Positions 1 through 9,461 of a stretch of DNA of 64,000 nt are shown piece after piece. The translations under genes and the position numbers were made by a program. The number at the start of each line of letters is the position of its first letter. Within the stretch, counting starts at the first letter, position 1. Origin of the DNA: Promethearchaeota archaeon (GTDB lineage Archaea > Asgardarchaeota > Lokiarchaeia > Sigyniarchaeales > SOKP01). Below the pieces are notes generated by a model. The model made no database searches. It worked only from the letters and a program-made list of their open reading frames with translations, and had not been told where the DNA came from. The stretch covers positions 15,215-79,214 of the forward strand of contig JAEOTZ010000016.1 of assembly GCA_016839585.1 (NCBI GenBank). The letters run 5' to 3'.

Positions 1-1282
1 GTGATCTGAACATTCTTCTTAAATTAATCGACATGATGTACTGCTGAATTTGCCTTGAACCACCAATAATTTCTTGAATTCTAGAGATATTTAAGTAATC
101 GTGCATTAATGTATTATCGCAAAGACCAGCTCCACCCATTAAATTAGCACATTCATAACAAACTTTTTTAGATAACCGTGCTGCTTGATATTTAAATTGA
201 GATGCATTTGCCACCATTAATTGAGAAATAGGTTGGGGTAATTCTCCTCCATATTTTTTCATTTTTTCATCATAAACTTCACAATACTTAAGCATAGCTA
301 AAGTTAAATTTGTGGTTTTAGCCCATAGATCTGTTAAAAGAAAGCCAACTCCTTGAAATTTAAGTATTTCTTGGTCAAATTGCTTTCTTAAATTCGAATA
401 GATAAATGCATGTGATAAGGCACCCCAACATTCACTTATACCTCTCATGGCAATTGCAACTCTTTCAGGTACTAAGCCTTCGAAAAGATATTCTCTTCCT
501 TTTCCAACTCCCCCAAGAACATATTCTTTCGGAACACGTAGATTTTCAAGATGCTCTTTTCCTAAATATAATTTAGGAACCCAGGGGATTCCAACTCTCT
601 CGCAATGCCAACCATCCCAATCAGTATTAATTAAGAATTGAGCCATCATATTTCCATTATTTTTTTCTGCAGTGGCATATGCTACAGCCCATTTTGCTTT
701 TGGTGCATTGGTATTGTAAATTTTTTCTCCATTTAAAATGAAACTACCATCATCTTGTTCCTCGCAAGTAGTTAACATATGGACCGCATCAGATCCTCTT
801 TCAGGTTCTGTAATCAATAAACATCCAGGTGTTTTACCAGTTACTAATTGTTTCAATGCATCTAATCTAATCGGCATATTTTCATGATGTTCATAAATTG
901 GATTAATACAAATTACTGTGGCTCCACCACTCATAGCAAATTGTGGATCAAATATATCTAGTGCGAGTACTCTTAAAAAATCAGCAATAAATCCATATTC
1001 TTCATAATTTAAATCAATGCATTCGAAAGCATGTTGACGAGTAATATAACCTTCTGCTCCAAATATAGGAATCCAATCATATATATCTTCTTCAGGTCCA
1101 TGAGTGATCTTATTATCTTTTTCAAACTTTAAGCAGAATTTCTGAACCTTCTTCAAGAAATTAAACTCTTCTTGCGTTAAAATAGACATTAAATTACTGT
1201 TTATGAAATTATATCTATTTTTCAAACTTAACTTGGCTAAAATTTCATCATTAATGGCTTGTACTTTATATTTAGAAGGCAT
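1..1282 (-). CDS. Acyl-CoA dehydrogenase family protein (3' end runs off the window; absent from ORF track)
   Basis: Manual translation from ATG at 1282 (MPSKYKVQ...) shows ACAD motifs LITEPERGSDA, FILNGEKIYNTN, RKQFDQEILKFQGV, LMGGAG and EIIGGSRQIQ. Confidence 0.9.
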   Translation of the reverse strand, partial: MPSKYKVQAINDEILAKLSLKNRYNFINSNLMSILTQEEFNFLKKVQKFCLKFEKDNKITHGPEEDIYDWIPIFGAEGYITRQHAFECIDLNYEEYGFIADFLRVLALDIFDPQFAMSGGATVICINPIYEHHENMPIRLDALKQLVTGKTPGCLLITEPERGSDAVHMLTTCEEQDDGSFILNGEKIYNTNAPKAKWAVAYATAEKNNGNMMAQFLINTDWDGWHCERVGIPWVPKLYLGKEHLENLRVPKEYVLGGVGKGREYLFEGLVPERVAIAMRGISECWGALSHAFIYSNLRKQFDQEILKFQGVGFLLTDLWAKTTNLTLAMLKYCEVYDEKMKKYGGELPQPISQLMVANASQFKYQAARLSKKVCYECANLMGGAGLCDNTLMHDYLNISRIQEIIGGSRQIQQYIMSINLRRMFRS

Positions 1283-1496
1283 TATTATATTCACTTTTTT
1301 CATTTTAATGTTTAATTTTGATATTTAACGATATGAAAATGTTATTTTTTGTATTAATTTCTATTAATAAATTAAAATAGTTTTAGTTTTGCATTCTCAA
1401 ATTTCTGTAAAAATAAGAGAATCAAAAATTAAAATATAAAAGATAAATAAATAAAATAAAAGAAAATGTAAGATTTTTTATTTAGTTATTAAATTT

Positions 1497-1709
1497 TTAC
1501 TCTTCTTCCTCTTCATCTCCCAATAATTCTTCGATTTTATCTTCTAACTCTTCTACTTTCTCATCAATTTCTGCAATTTTCCTATATGTCTCACAAGTCT
1601 CGCAAGCATCATTTTCCTCACACTTGGGAAGAGTGTCGCATATTTCCTCTAGTTGATCCCTTTCCTCTAATAATTTTTCAACTTGGTCCTCAAGTTCTTC
1701 GATACTCAT
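1497..1709 (-). CDS. Small acidic coiled-coil protein with a 4-Cys loop (C-x5-C-x5-C-x2-C)
   Basis: 70-aa ORF with a GGTGTGA SD-like sequence upstream; heptad-rich acidic helices flank the cysteines. Confidence 0.7.
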   Translation of the reverse strand: MSIEELEDQVEKLLEERDQLEEICDTLPKCEENDACETCETYRKIAEIDEKVEELEDKIEELLGDEEEEE

Positions 1710-1841
1710 ATATCACACCAAAAAATGTTAAGATAAAAAAGAAAATATAATTTATTTTTTTTTGCTATAAAAATTTGAATTATATAAATTAAGTATAAGT
1801 GAATACTTAGAATCAGATGAACTATTAATGTGTTAGATTAA

Positions 1842-2666
1842 CTAACGGAAAAAGAAGAAGAAACTGATGATCATTAATGCAATTATTACAATTGTTAAAG
1901 AAAGAAGCAAAAACTTTTTAGTTAAATGTGTTCTCTTTTTGATGTTATCATTTTCTTGATATGGAGCCGTTTCAATTAAAAATTTCTTAGTTGGGGTTTT
2001 TTTTCTAATGGGAACTTCTTCTTTCTTATAGAGCCTTTTAAATTTCTTTCTGAAAGTTTTAACAGACTTTTTAATTATATCTTGAACCTCTTTTGGTAAA
2101 TCTTCATCGGCTATTTCAAAATCACGAGTCATAAAATCTAAACCAATAGTTAATTTATAACTTGTTTCAAATTTCTTTCCTATAAAAGTTTTAATTAAGG
2201 ATGACTTCCCTACTGCGGCATCTCCAACAAGTAAGATCTTAAATCTGAAATGATTCCCATCGACTACTTCTCCTAATCTCGGTTGAAGATCTAATAAAGC
2301 AATAATAGCTAGTCGATTAAACAAATTATCTACATTTTCATTTTCTAATGCTGAAGTTTCAATATATTCAAATAAATGATGCTGGTTTACTTTTTGTATT
2401 ATTTTTTTGCGAGGTATTATTTCGCCTAAATCCTTTTTCAAGTCATTCTTATTTCCAACTAAGATAATTGGGACGTTTCCTGATCTATTCCTTATGTCAT
2501 TAAAATATACATCAATATCATCATAAGTATCAGGACGACTTAAGTCGAAAACTAATCCTATGGCAGCAACACCCTTATAGAAATCAGTTTTAAAGAAATC
2601 AAATCGTTCTTGTCCAGCAATATCCCAAAGGCTGAGTGTAATTTTCAAGTTGGAAATAAACTCCAA
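1842..2666 (-). CDS. Circularly permuted Rab-like small GTPase with C-terminal transmembrane anchor
   Basis: Motif order WDIAGQE (G3), NKND (G4), ETSAL (G5), GDAAVGKSS (G1), TIGLDF (G2), then a polybasic linker and a hydrophobic C-terminal helix. Confidence 0.85.
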   Translation of the reverse strand: MEFISNLKITLSLWDIAGQERFDFFKTDFYKGVAAIGLVFDLSRPDTYDDIDVYFNDIRNRSGNVPIILVGNKNDLKKDLGEIIPRKKIIQKVNQHHLFEYIETSALENENVDNLFNRLAIIALLDLQPRLGEVVDGNHFRFKILLVGDAAVGKSSLIKTFIGKKFETSYKLTIGLDFMTRDFEIADEDLPKEVQDIIKKSVKTFRKKFKRLYKKEEVPIRKKTPTKKFLIETAPYQENDNIKKRTHLTKKFLLLSLTIVIIALMIISFFFFFR

Positions 2667-2786
2667 TATATTTTAATTTCAGATAAAATTTATTTGTAAA
2701 ATTTTTCTTTTCATTGAATATTTCTAGTAAATTATCAAAAATTAATTTTTATATTAATAAAAAGAATGTTAAAAAGATAAAGAAGG

Positions 2787-3491
2787 TTAGTTATTGGAAT
2801 CCCAAACTCCAATATAATTATCCTTAATCTCAAAAATCTTTTCAAACCCCATTTTTTTATATAGACTCTTAATACTTTTGTTATTGTGATTCCATGTTAA
2901 TCGTTTTTTATATGTATTAACTCCGTCATTATCAAGAAATAAAAAATCTATCAATTTGTATAGCTTTTCGGGAAAAAATTTACCAATTTTCAGGAATATT
3001 CTAATGAATCGAGTGTATGCTTTGATATCTTTTGGTTTTACGGCAATAGGTTCGCAAACTATTACTTTTCTCGCATGTATTTGAGCATTTTCCACTAAAG
3101 TAAAATGCGAAGGATTGATATGATGTAGTATATCACATAAAACAATAACATCTACCTTTTCTTTCGCATAGTTATGAAAATCAAGAATATTTTTTTGTTT
3201 AACACTAATATATTTCATTTTGGATTTCCCTCTCATCCAATCCTTCTTCAATTTAGTTAAGAATCTACGGTTAATATCCCAACCTTCATAAATGTTTGAC
3301 GGATGTAAAAATCTAGTAAGAAAGCCAGTTCCACAGGCTAGGTCCAATATATGCTTGTTTTTACCGATTAATTTTGAAATGGATAAATATTTCCTCCTGA
3401 CATTATATATTTTGTTTGATAAGAAGTTATAAATTCTGCCACTTCGATACATTAGACTTCTAAATCCTTGGAGTGCTGATTTAAATGTCAT
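2787..3491 (-). CDS. Class I SAM-dependent methyltransferase
   Basis: ILDLACGTG motif I and VDVIVLCDILHH. Confidence 0.8.
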   Translation of the reverse strand: MTFKSALQGFRSLMYRSGRIYNFLSNKIYNVRRKYLSISKLIGKNKHILDLACGTGFLTRFLHPSNIYEGWDINRRFLTKLKKDWMRGKSKMKYISVKQKNILDFHNYAKEKVDVIVLCDILHHINPSHFTLVENAQIHARKVIVCEPIAVKPKDIKAYTRFIRIFLKIGKFFPEKLYKLIDFLFLDNDGVNTYKKRLTWNHNNKSIKSLYKKMGFEKIFEIKDNYIGVWDSNN

Positions 3492-3528
3492 CGTTTAAAA
3501 AATAAAAAAGAAAATTTATTATTATGCT

Positions 3529-5589
3529 TTAAGTAGGAGACAACTCCTGCATCTTTTCTTCAATTTTCTTATCATTAATCACTATTTTTTTATCTAATAC
3601 CTTAAGCTCTTTACTAATTTCTTCGAATCTACTTTCTTGATCATTTAATTTCTTTATATATCTTTCTTTTAATGTAATTGATTGACTATCAGTCCCTAAA
3701 ACAGCAATGTTTTCTCTCAGCCTTTCTTGTTCGCCAGTCATTACATCGCGTTCTTCATGTAATTTTTCTCTCTTGTTTTTTAAATCATTTGAAGTCTGAA
3801 TTAATTCTGCAATTTCTTTTAGTTGTTGTTCGAGTTTTGGATCAATGAATTTATGTTTGACATAAAAGCCTACTCTTTTAAGAATATCTTCCTTGGACCA
3901 ATTCCATAAGTAATTGCTTGAGTAATTTTCTTTTCTTTCTTTAAGTTTAAAGATAATCGCATCTTTAGGTTTTAAAGTTATTTTAAAGCGCCAATAATTC
4001 GGTGTTTCTTCTGGATCAACAGGTTTTTCTATAAATTTGTAACCAGAAGTTTTAGGATGATCAAGATAGAGTTCTTTTTCTTCAGTGGTCTTGTTATTTA
4101 TTTTGTATTCAGTCATTAAATTAGTATAATAGTATTCATAAGAATAACCACTCCCAAACGTTACTTTATGAACGCTTAAATTTTCAGATTTTTGTTCATG
4201 CATTATAATTACAGCTTGTTCAACAGCATAATTTAATAGTCTTGTATCTTCTTTATTCAAAAAGGGGATAATAGCTTCTCCTGCAAGATTATCATCATAG
4301 ATTAGTGTAGCAGGTCCTCTTTCTAGTGTTAAATTTGTATTATTTGTTATTTCAAGACATGCATTAGGATTTTTATTATGTTCATCTTTATTATACAATA
4401 ATATTCGCTTAGCTTTGATTGCTTCGGTTAAAATGGGAACTAAAGCAGACTGTTTCCTTTTAATGGAAACAGGATTTGAAATATTATACTCAAAAAGCTC
4501 CCCTATATCTTTAGTTTGAGTTTTCGTCTGAAATTTAACTTTATCCATTAATGCATCATCAGATATTGTGGCTCCTGTAACACCAAATCCACCAGCTGCT
4601 CCTGCTGGTGGTGCAGATGGAGCAGCTACCATTCTTGCACGACTCTTCATAGCTTTAAGTTTAGGTGCTGCTTCCGCCATACTGTATTCTTTAAATCTTT
4701 CCATTTCTAAACCCTCCTCTATTTCGGTAGGTCTAGCACTCAAAACTTTCGGTGGTTGAATAACAGGACGCTGAATAAAAATAGGTCTATAAAAATCATA
4801 TATAAAAGAAACCGGCATTCCTGCCACTAAAGATAATGCTATATCTTCCCAATCTTGATTTGTTGTATTTTCAATAAGACTCCAACCAGAAAGTAAACAC
4901 TTCTGTTCTAATGCTTGTTGTTTGCTCATTATTAATCGATAAGAAGTCTTCCAGATAGGGCTTTCTCGTATATAAGATACAAAAATACTTCTTTCAATAT
5001 TATCAGCTCCACCTGACTCACAATTAATTTTTATCTTTTTAGCATCTTTCTTCTTTCCAGCAATAATAGTATCAAAAAAAAATTTTAAATCTTTTTTAAT
5101 GTCTTCATTTAATATATCGAAGGACTTAATCTCTGAAAAGGGAATTTTGGTAATAATATCATCATCTTGTAATATTATCAATAATTTCTCGATTATTTTT
5201 TGTTCTTTAATAAATTTTTCAATTTCTTCAATGCCTATTATAGTTCCTAAAATTTGTTTACTAGCTCCAATTGTTAGATTGACTTTTGCTCCTTTAATTT
5301 GCGTTATAAGTGAAGAAAACGAATCTTTATCAGGAATGTTTAACATGATTGATTTTAATAACTGTAGAGTGTCTAAAGCAGCATCATAAGAAATTGAGGA
5401 TATATATCCTTTTTCACTAGTGTCTAATACAAAAAGAGATTTTAGTACATCATTCATCTCATCAACTTTAAATTCAAGTTCGAACGAATCTGTTCCTTTT
5501 ATTATCCCTTCGAGAATATAATAAGAAACCCCGTGCTTGAAAATTATAACTTTTTTTACTTTTAATTTTGACATAAAATTATTATACAT
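3529..5589 (-). CDS. DUF4139-like protein with C-terminal coiled coil
   Basis: N-terminal VIIFKHGVSY, WKTSYRL, ENTTNQDWEDIALSLVAG and GELFEY..PVSI are typical of the DUF4140/DUF4139 family. Confidence 0.7.
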   Translation of the reverse strand: MYNNFMSKLKVKKVIIFKHGVSYYILEGIIKGTDSFELEFKVDEMNDVLKSLFVLDTSEKGYISSISYDAALDTLQLLKSIMLNIPDKDSFSSLITQIKGAKVNLTIGASKQILGTIIGIEEIEKFIKEQKIIEKLLIILQDDDIITKIPFSEIKSFDILNEDIKKDLKFFFDTIIAGKKKDAKKIKINCESGGADNIERSIFVSYIRESPIWKTSYRLIMSKQQALEQKCLLSGWSLIENTTNQDWEDIALSLVAGMPVSFIYDFYRPIFIQRPVIQPPKVLSARPTEIEEGLEMERFKEYSMAEAAPKLKAMKSRARMVAAPSAPPAGAAGGFGVTGATISDDALMDKVKFQTKTQTKDIGELFEYNISNPVSIKRKQSALVPILTEAIKAKRILLYNKDEHNKNPNACLEITNNTNLTLERGPATLIYDDNLAGEAIIPFLNKEDTRLLNYAVEQAVIIMHEQKSENLSVHKVTFGSGYSYEYYYTNLMTEYKINNKTTEEKELYLDHPKTSGYKFIEKPVDPEETPNYWRFKITLKPKDAIIFKLKERKENYSSNYLWNWSKEDILKRVGFYVKHKFIDPKLEQQLKEIAELIQTSNDLKNKREKLHEERDVMTGEQERLRENIAVLGTDSQSITLKERYIKKLNDQESRFEEISKELKVLDKKIVINDKKIEEKMQELSPT

Positions 5590-5672
5590 AAATTAGAATT
5601 TAAATGTTGATGAATTTGAGAAGGAAGGATTTAAAAAATAATCTTTAAAATTATAAGTAAATAAAAAACTCC

Positions 5673-6173
5673 TTACATGTTTTTTTCTAAGATCTCAAGA
5701 GTATCTTTTTCAATTGATGCTTTTGGATGCTCTACGATAACATCAAGGAAAACACCATTAGCATTGAAGAAATAAAACGTTGGAATAGCTTTTAATTTAA
5801 ATTTTGGATCAACTGCTTCTGGAGGAGATCGTTTTTTATGCCATATTGTCTCTCCTGGCTTATGCAATGCATTAACCATTATTCCATATAGAATATGTAA
5901 GCTAATATCTTCACTATTTATCAATTTTACGATTTTTATCATCCGAGGTACATTTTTCGAGCAATCTGGACACCAATCAGCACCCAAAGCAACAATTTTT
6001 AATTTTTCGTTTTTATTTTTTAAATAACTTTTTATCTTTTCAAGTACAGCTGCCTTTGGTTCATAAGTCTCATAATTATAGGCAACCTTGTCCCCATATA
6101 TTTCTAAGTATTCATCTGGAGTCATTGTTGGCGATACTAGATCATTCCATTTTAAATTCATTTGCGATTTCAT
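5673..6173 (-). CDS. Thioredoxin-family protein
   Basis: GADWCPDC active site and the AIPTFYF cis-Pro loop. Confidence 0.85.
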   Translation of the reverse strand: MKSQMNLKWNDLVSPTMTPDEYLEIYGDKVAYNYETYEPKAAVLEKIKSYLKNKNEKLKIVALGADWCPDCSKNVPRMIKIVKLINSEDISLHILYGIMVNALHKPGETIWHKKRSPPEAVDPKFKLKAIPTFYFFNANGVFLDVIVEHPKASIEKDTLEILEKNM

Positions 6174-6336
6174 ATGTATTAAAGAAATTTCTTTTTTTAA
6201 AAAAATTCGTCTAATGATCTAAAAATTTTCAATCGGAATGCTTAAATTATAGAAATTAATGATAAAAAAAATATATGAAAACTAAATTCTAAATTATCAT
6301 TATAATTTATTGTTCAAATGAAATAGGTCGATAAAG

Positions 6337-8181
6337 ATTTTAAAATCTTTTAGGGGAAAATTATTAAATGTCAATTTAACAAATAAAGAAGTCAAAATTG
6401 AACCGTTAAATGAAGAATTCTCAAGAAGTTTCTTAGGAGGTGCTGGTTATGCTTGTCGTTATTTATATGACAAGCTGGATAAAGATACAAATCCATTAGC
6501 TCCCGATAATATCTTAATGATTATGACAGGTCCCTTAAATGGTACATTTGCGCCAAATTCAGGGAGATGGGTGGTGTGTTCTAAAAGTCCTTATACAGGG
6601 ATGTGGGGAGAATCTAATTGTGGGAGTTGGTTTGGTGCTGAACTTAAAAAAGCGGGATATGATGGGATGATTATATCTGGTGCTTCAAAAGAACCGGTTT
6701 ATATTGAAATTAAAGATGATAAAGCGGAAGTAAAGGATGCAAGATTTTTATGGGGAAGAGGGACTGAATATACTACCATGATGTTAAAGGATGTTTTTGG
6801 GGATAATCATGCGATGGTTGCATGTATAGGGCAAGCTGGTGAGAACCTTATAAAATTTGCTAATATCATATCTGAACAACGAGCAGCAGGTCGTACAGGT
6901 ATGGGAGCTATTTTTGGTTCAAAAAAATTAAAAGCGATTATAGTAAAAGGAAATAATCTTCAATTAGATGTTCATAATAAAGATGAATTAAAAAAATCTA
7001 TAAAAACAGCTAGGGACAATGTAAAAACTAATTATGGATCACAGGTATTAACTAATTTCGGCACTTCAGGAACAGTGGATCTGTATAATTCAACAGGAGA
7101 ATTGCCTATTAAATATTTCACACTAGGAAAATGGGACAAGGCTACGAAGATATCTGGTATAACGATGGTCCAAACTATTCTTATAAAAAATAGATTTTGC
7201 CATTCTTGTGTAATTGGATGTGGGAGAATAATAGCTATAAAGGAAGGGAAGTATAAAACTAAAGAAACTGAGGGACCTGAATATGAAACGATATGTGGAT
7301 ATGGAAGTTTGATTTTAAATGATGATCTTGAATTTATATGTTATATAAATACAAAATGTAACGATTATGGGATTGATACTGTTAGTTCAAGTGGAATTAT
7401 AGCTTGTATTATTTATCATTTTACTCTTGGAAATATTAAACCAAGAGATATTGATGGATTAAGTCCAAATTGGGGTGATACTGAAACAGTAGAAAAATTA
7501 CTAAATAAAATTGTTTATAGAGAAGGAATAGGCGATATATTAGCAGAAGGATCTAACGCTTTTGGTAGAAAATTCAGTATTCCCCAAGCTGAGATAGCTA
7601 CAATTGATGGATTAGAAATTACTTATCATGATATGCGCTCAAATTATGGTATGTCAATTGCCTATGGAATGGGTGCTGCTCATAAAGGACCTTCTCACAA
7701 TTTATGTGACCTATATTTTGTATTGATGGGTTATCCATTTGAAGAAATTAATGCACCTACAATAACTTTAGATACTTATGCAAACGATTTAGAGATGGCT
7801 AAATGCTGTTCAATCATGATGGATTATAGAGCGCTGTATAGTTCATTGATAATCTGTTCTTTTTGTAATCCATTGCCCTCTCAAATTGCCACAATTATCA
7901 AACATGCAACTGGTTTAAAATTTGGTCTAGATGAGATAAAATTATATGGTGAAAGAATACTAACTATGAAGAGATTGTTTAACTTAAAAATGGGGGTTAC
8001 TCCAATGATTGATAAAGTTCCTCAAATATTATTAAAACCTCTTATTGAAGGTGGTTCGGCTGGAAAATCACCTGATTTTGAATTATTGCGAAAAAACTTT
8101 TATAACTTTAAAGAATGGGATTTGATTACTGGAAAAATTAGTAAATCTAAACTTGAATTTTTAGGTTTAGATAATTTATAA
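6337..8181 (+). CDS. aor: Aldehyde:ferredoxin oxidoreductase (W/Mo-pterin AOR family); start extended to ATT at 6337
   Basis: KSPYTG, AAGRTGMGA, GPEYET, CxxCxxxC. The conserved N-terminus GKLLNVNL...FLGGAG...DTNPLAPDN lies in frame upstream of the track start at 6517. Confidence 0.9.
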   Translation: MLKSFRGKLLNVNLTNKEVKIEPLNEEFSRSFLGGAGYACRYLYDKLDKDTNPLAPDNILMIMTGPLNGTFAPNSGRWVVCSKSPYTGMWGESNCGSWFGAELKKAGYDGMIISGASKEPVYIEIKDDKAEVKDARFLWGRGTEYTTMMLKDVFGDNHAMVACIGQAGENLIKFANIISEQRAAGRTGMGAIFGSKKLKAIIVKGNNLQLDVHNKDELKKSIKTARDNVKTNYGSQVLTNFGTSGTVDLYNSTGELPIKYFTLGKWDKATKISGITMVQTILIKNRFCHSCVIGCGRIIAIKEGKYKTKETEGPEYETICGYGSLILNDDLEFICYINTKCNDYGIDTVSSSGIIACIIYHFTLGNIKPRDIDGLSPNWGDTETVEKLLNKIVYREGIGDILAEGSNAFGRKFSIPQAEIATIDGLEITYHDMRSNYGMSIAYGMGAAHKGPSHNLCDLYFVLMGYPFEEINAPTITLDTYANDLEMAKCCSIMMDYRALYSSLIICSFCNPLPSQIATIIKHATGLKFGLDEIKLYGERILTMKRLFNLKMGVTPMIDKVPQILLKPLIEGGSAGKSPDFELLRKNFYNFKEWDLITGKISKSKLEFLGLDNL

Positions 8182-8212
8182 AGGTCTTTAAATCTTGTAT
8201 TATGGTAAAAAA

Positions 8213-8755
8213 TTAAGATGGGCTTTTATTTTTAAAGATTAATCTCGCTAATAGATCAAAAATTTTACTTACATTTTCACCTGTTTTTGAACTGCATTCT
8301 ATAAATCCTTTTGCTTCCATTGATTTTGCTATTTGCATTGCTTTTTTTGTTGATACTTCTTTTAAATGATTTAAATCTACTTTACCTCCAACAAAGATAA
8401 TCGGTAATTCATTATCTACATCTTTTTTGGCTATAGCATCCTCAACTATCGCAAACCAATTATCTACATGAACAAGTGAACCATAATTAGTAATATCATA
8501 CATGAATATCGCACCATTAGCGCCTTTTAAATATAAAGGAAAAAGAAATCTAAAGCGTTCTTCACCAGCAAAATCCCATATCTGTAACTTAACGATTTCT
8601 CCATTAACTTCAACATCTTTTAACATAAATTCAACTCCTAAAGTTATTGAAATATCCTGCTTAAATAAGTTTGTCAAAAATCTATGAGCTAATGTTGTTT
8701 TACCCGTTCCAGAATCGCCAAAAATCACTATCTTAAAAGTTGAGCTGTATTCCAA
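8213..8755 (-). CDS. Rab-like small GTPase (canonical motif order)
   Basis: GDSGTGKT, TLGVEF, WDFAGEERF, GGKVD, ECSSKTG. Confidence 0.92.
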   Translation of the reverse strand: MEYSSTFKIVIFGDSGTGKTTLAHRFLTNLFKQDISITLGVEFMLKDVEVNGEIVKLQIWDFAGEERFRFLFPLYLKGANGAIFMYDITNYGSLVHVDNWFAIVEDAIAKKDVDNELPIIFVGGKVDLNHLKEVSTKKAMQIAKSMEAKGFIECSSKTGENVSKIFDLLARLIFKNKSPS

Positions 8756-9002
8756 CCCTAATCCCTATAGAAACGTTATTATTTTTATTAAATATATAGT
8801 TAATTAGTTAAGTAATTGTTTAACCTAATATACTTTATGATATCTTATTTTAAAAATATTATTTTCCAAATAGGGATTAATACCCTAGAATTAGAAAAAG
8901 AAATTTACAAAGCATACTAAAAAAGGCATAATCTATAGAAATACAAATACATAAAAATATCAAGTTTATTATCATATAAAAAATCAAAAATAGGTGCTAT
9001 AT

Positions 9003-9461
9003 TTGGTAGGTACAGATATTTATTGTGGTTATAAAATTGAAAAAGCTCCCGAAACGCTCGAGCCTAATGATGAAATTGAAGGAAGTTTCATACTAGAAAA
9101 CCGTGGTAAAAAAGAAAAGAAATTAAAGAAAGCATTTATTAGGATAAATGAATTATATCTTGAAAAAGTGATATATAAAGATCCTGAGACGGGAGAGGAG
9201 ACTAAAAAATATGAAGAACGCAAAAAAACAATGAAAACTGAAGAAATTGTAAAAGGCGATAAAATTAAAGCGGGTGAAAAGAAAGAGTTGGATTTCAAGA
9301 TGAAAATGCCCAGCTCTTGGTCTAAAAAAAAAAGAAATAAAATTAAGGACTGGCGGTTAGAGATGTGGTTCATTCAAAAATCAGCAATGGTTGCATCTCG
9401 AGGATCGCATAAAGATGATGCTACTTGCGTGCTACCGGTCATCTTTAACATATTTTTGTGA
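9003..9461 (+). CDS. Hypothetical protein, possible Spo0M/arrestin-N beta-sandwich
   Basis: TTG start after an AGGTG SD; pattern LEPNDEIEGSFIL...IKAGEKKELDFKMKMP. Confidence 0.55.
   Translation: MVGTDIYCGYKIEKAPETLEPNDEIEGSFILENRGKKEKKLKKAFIRINELYLEKVIYKDPETGEETKKYEERKKTMKTEEIVKGDKIKAGEKKELDFKMKMPSSWSKKKRNKIKDWRLEMWFIQKSAMVASRGSHKDDATCVLPVIFNIFL

Noticed and set aside
447-641. 64-aa plus-strand ORF, and similar short track ORFs (e.g. 4568, 5099, 8502, 9029, 14197, 14583, 15329, 15580, 17069, 17888, 19869, 33028, 45645, 47241, 47809, 63478)
   Set aside because: They are antisense or alternate-frame shadows of well-supported genes and have no motifs.
2667-2786. Frameshifted N-terminal G1/G2 half that would make 1842-2666 an ordinary tandem GTPase
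   Set aside because: The gap is only 120 bp, extremely AT-rich, and has no GxxxxGK codons in any minus-strand frame.
6310-6336. Selenocysteine or other readthrough of the TGA codons upstream of aor, cdhD and the polyferredoxin
   Set aside because: The TGAs lie in SD or promoter sequence outside the homologous region and not at Cys-equivalent positions.
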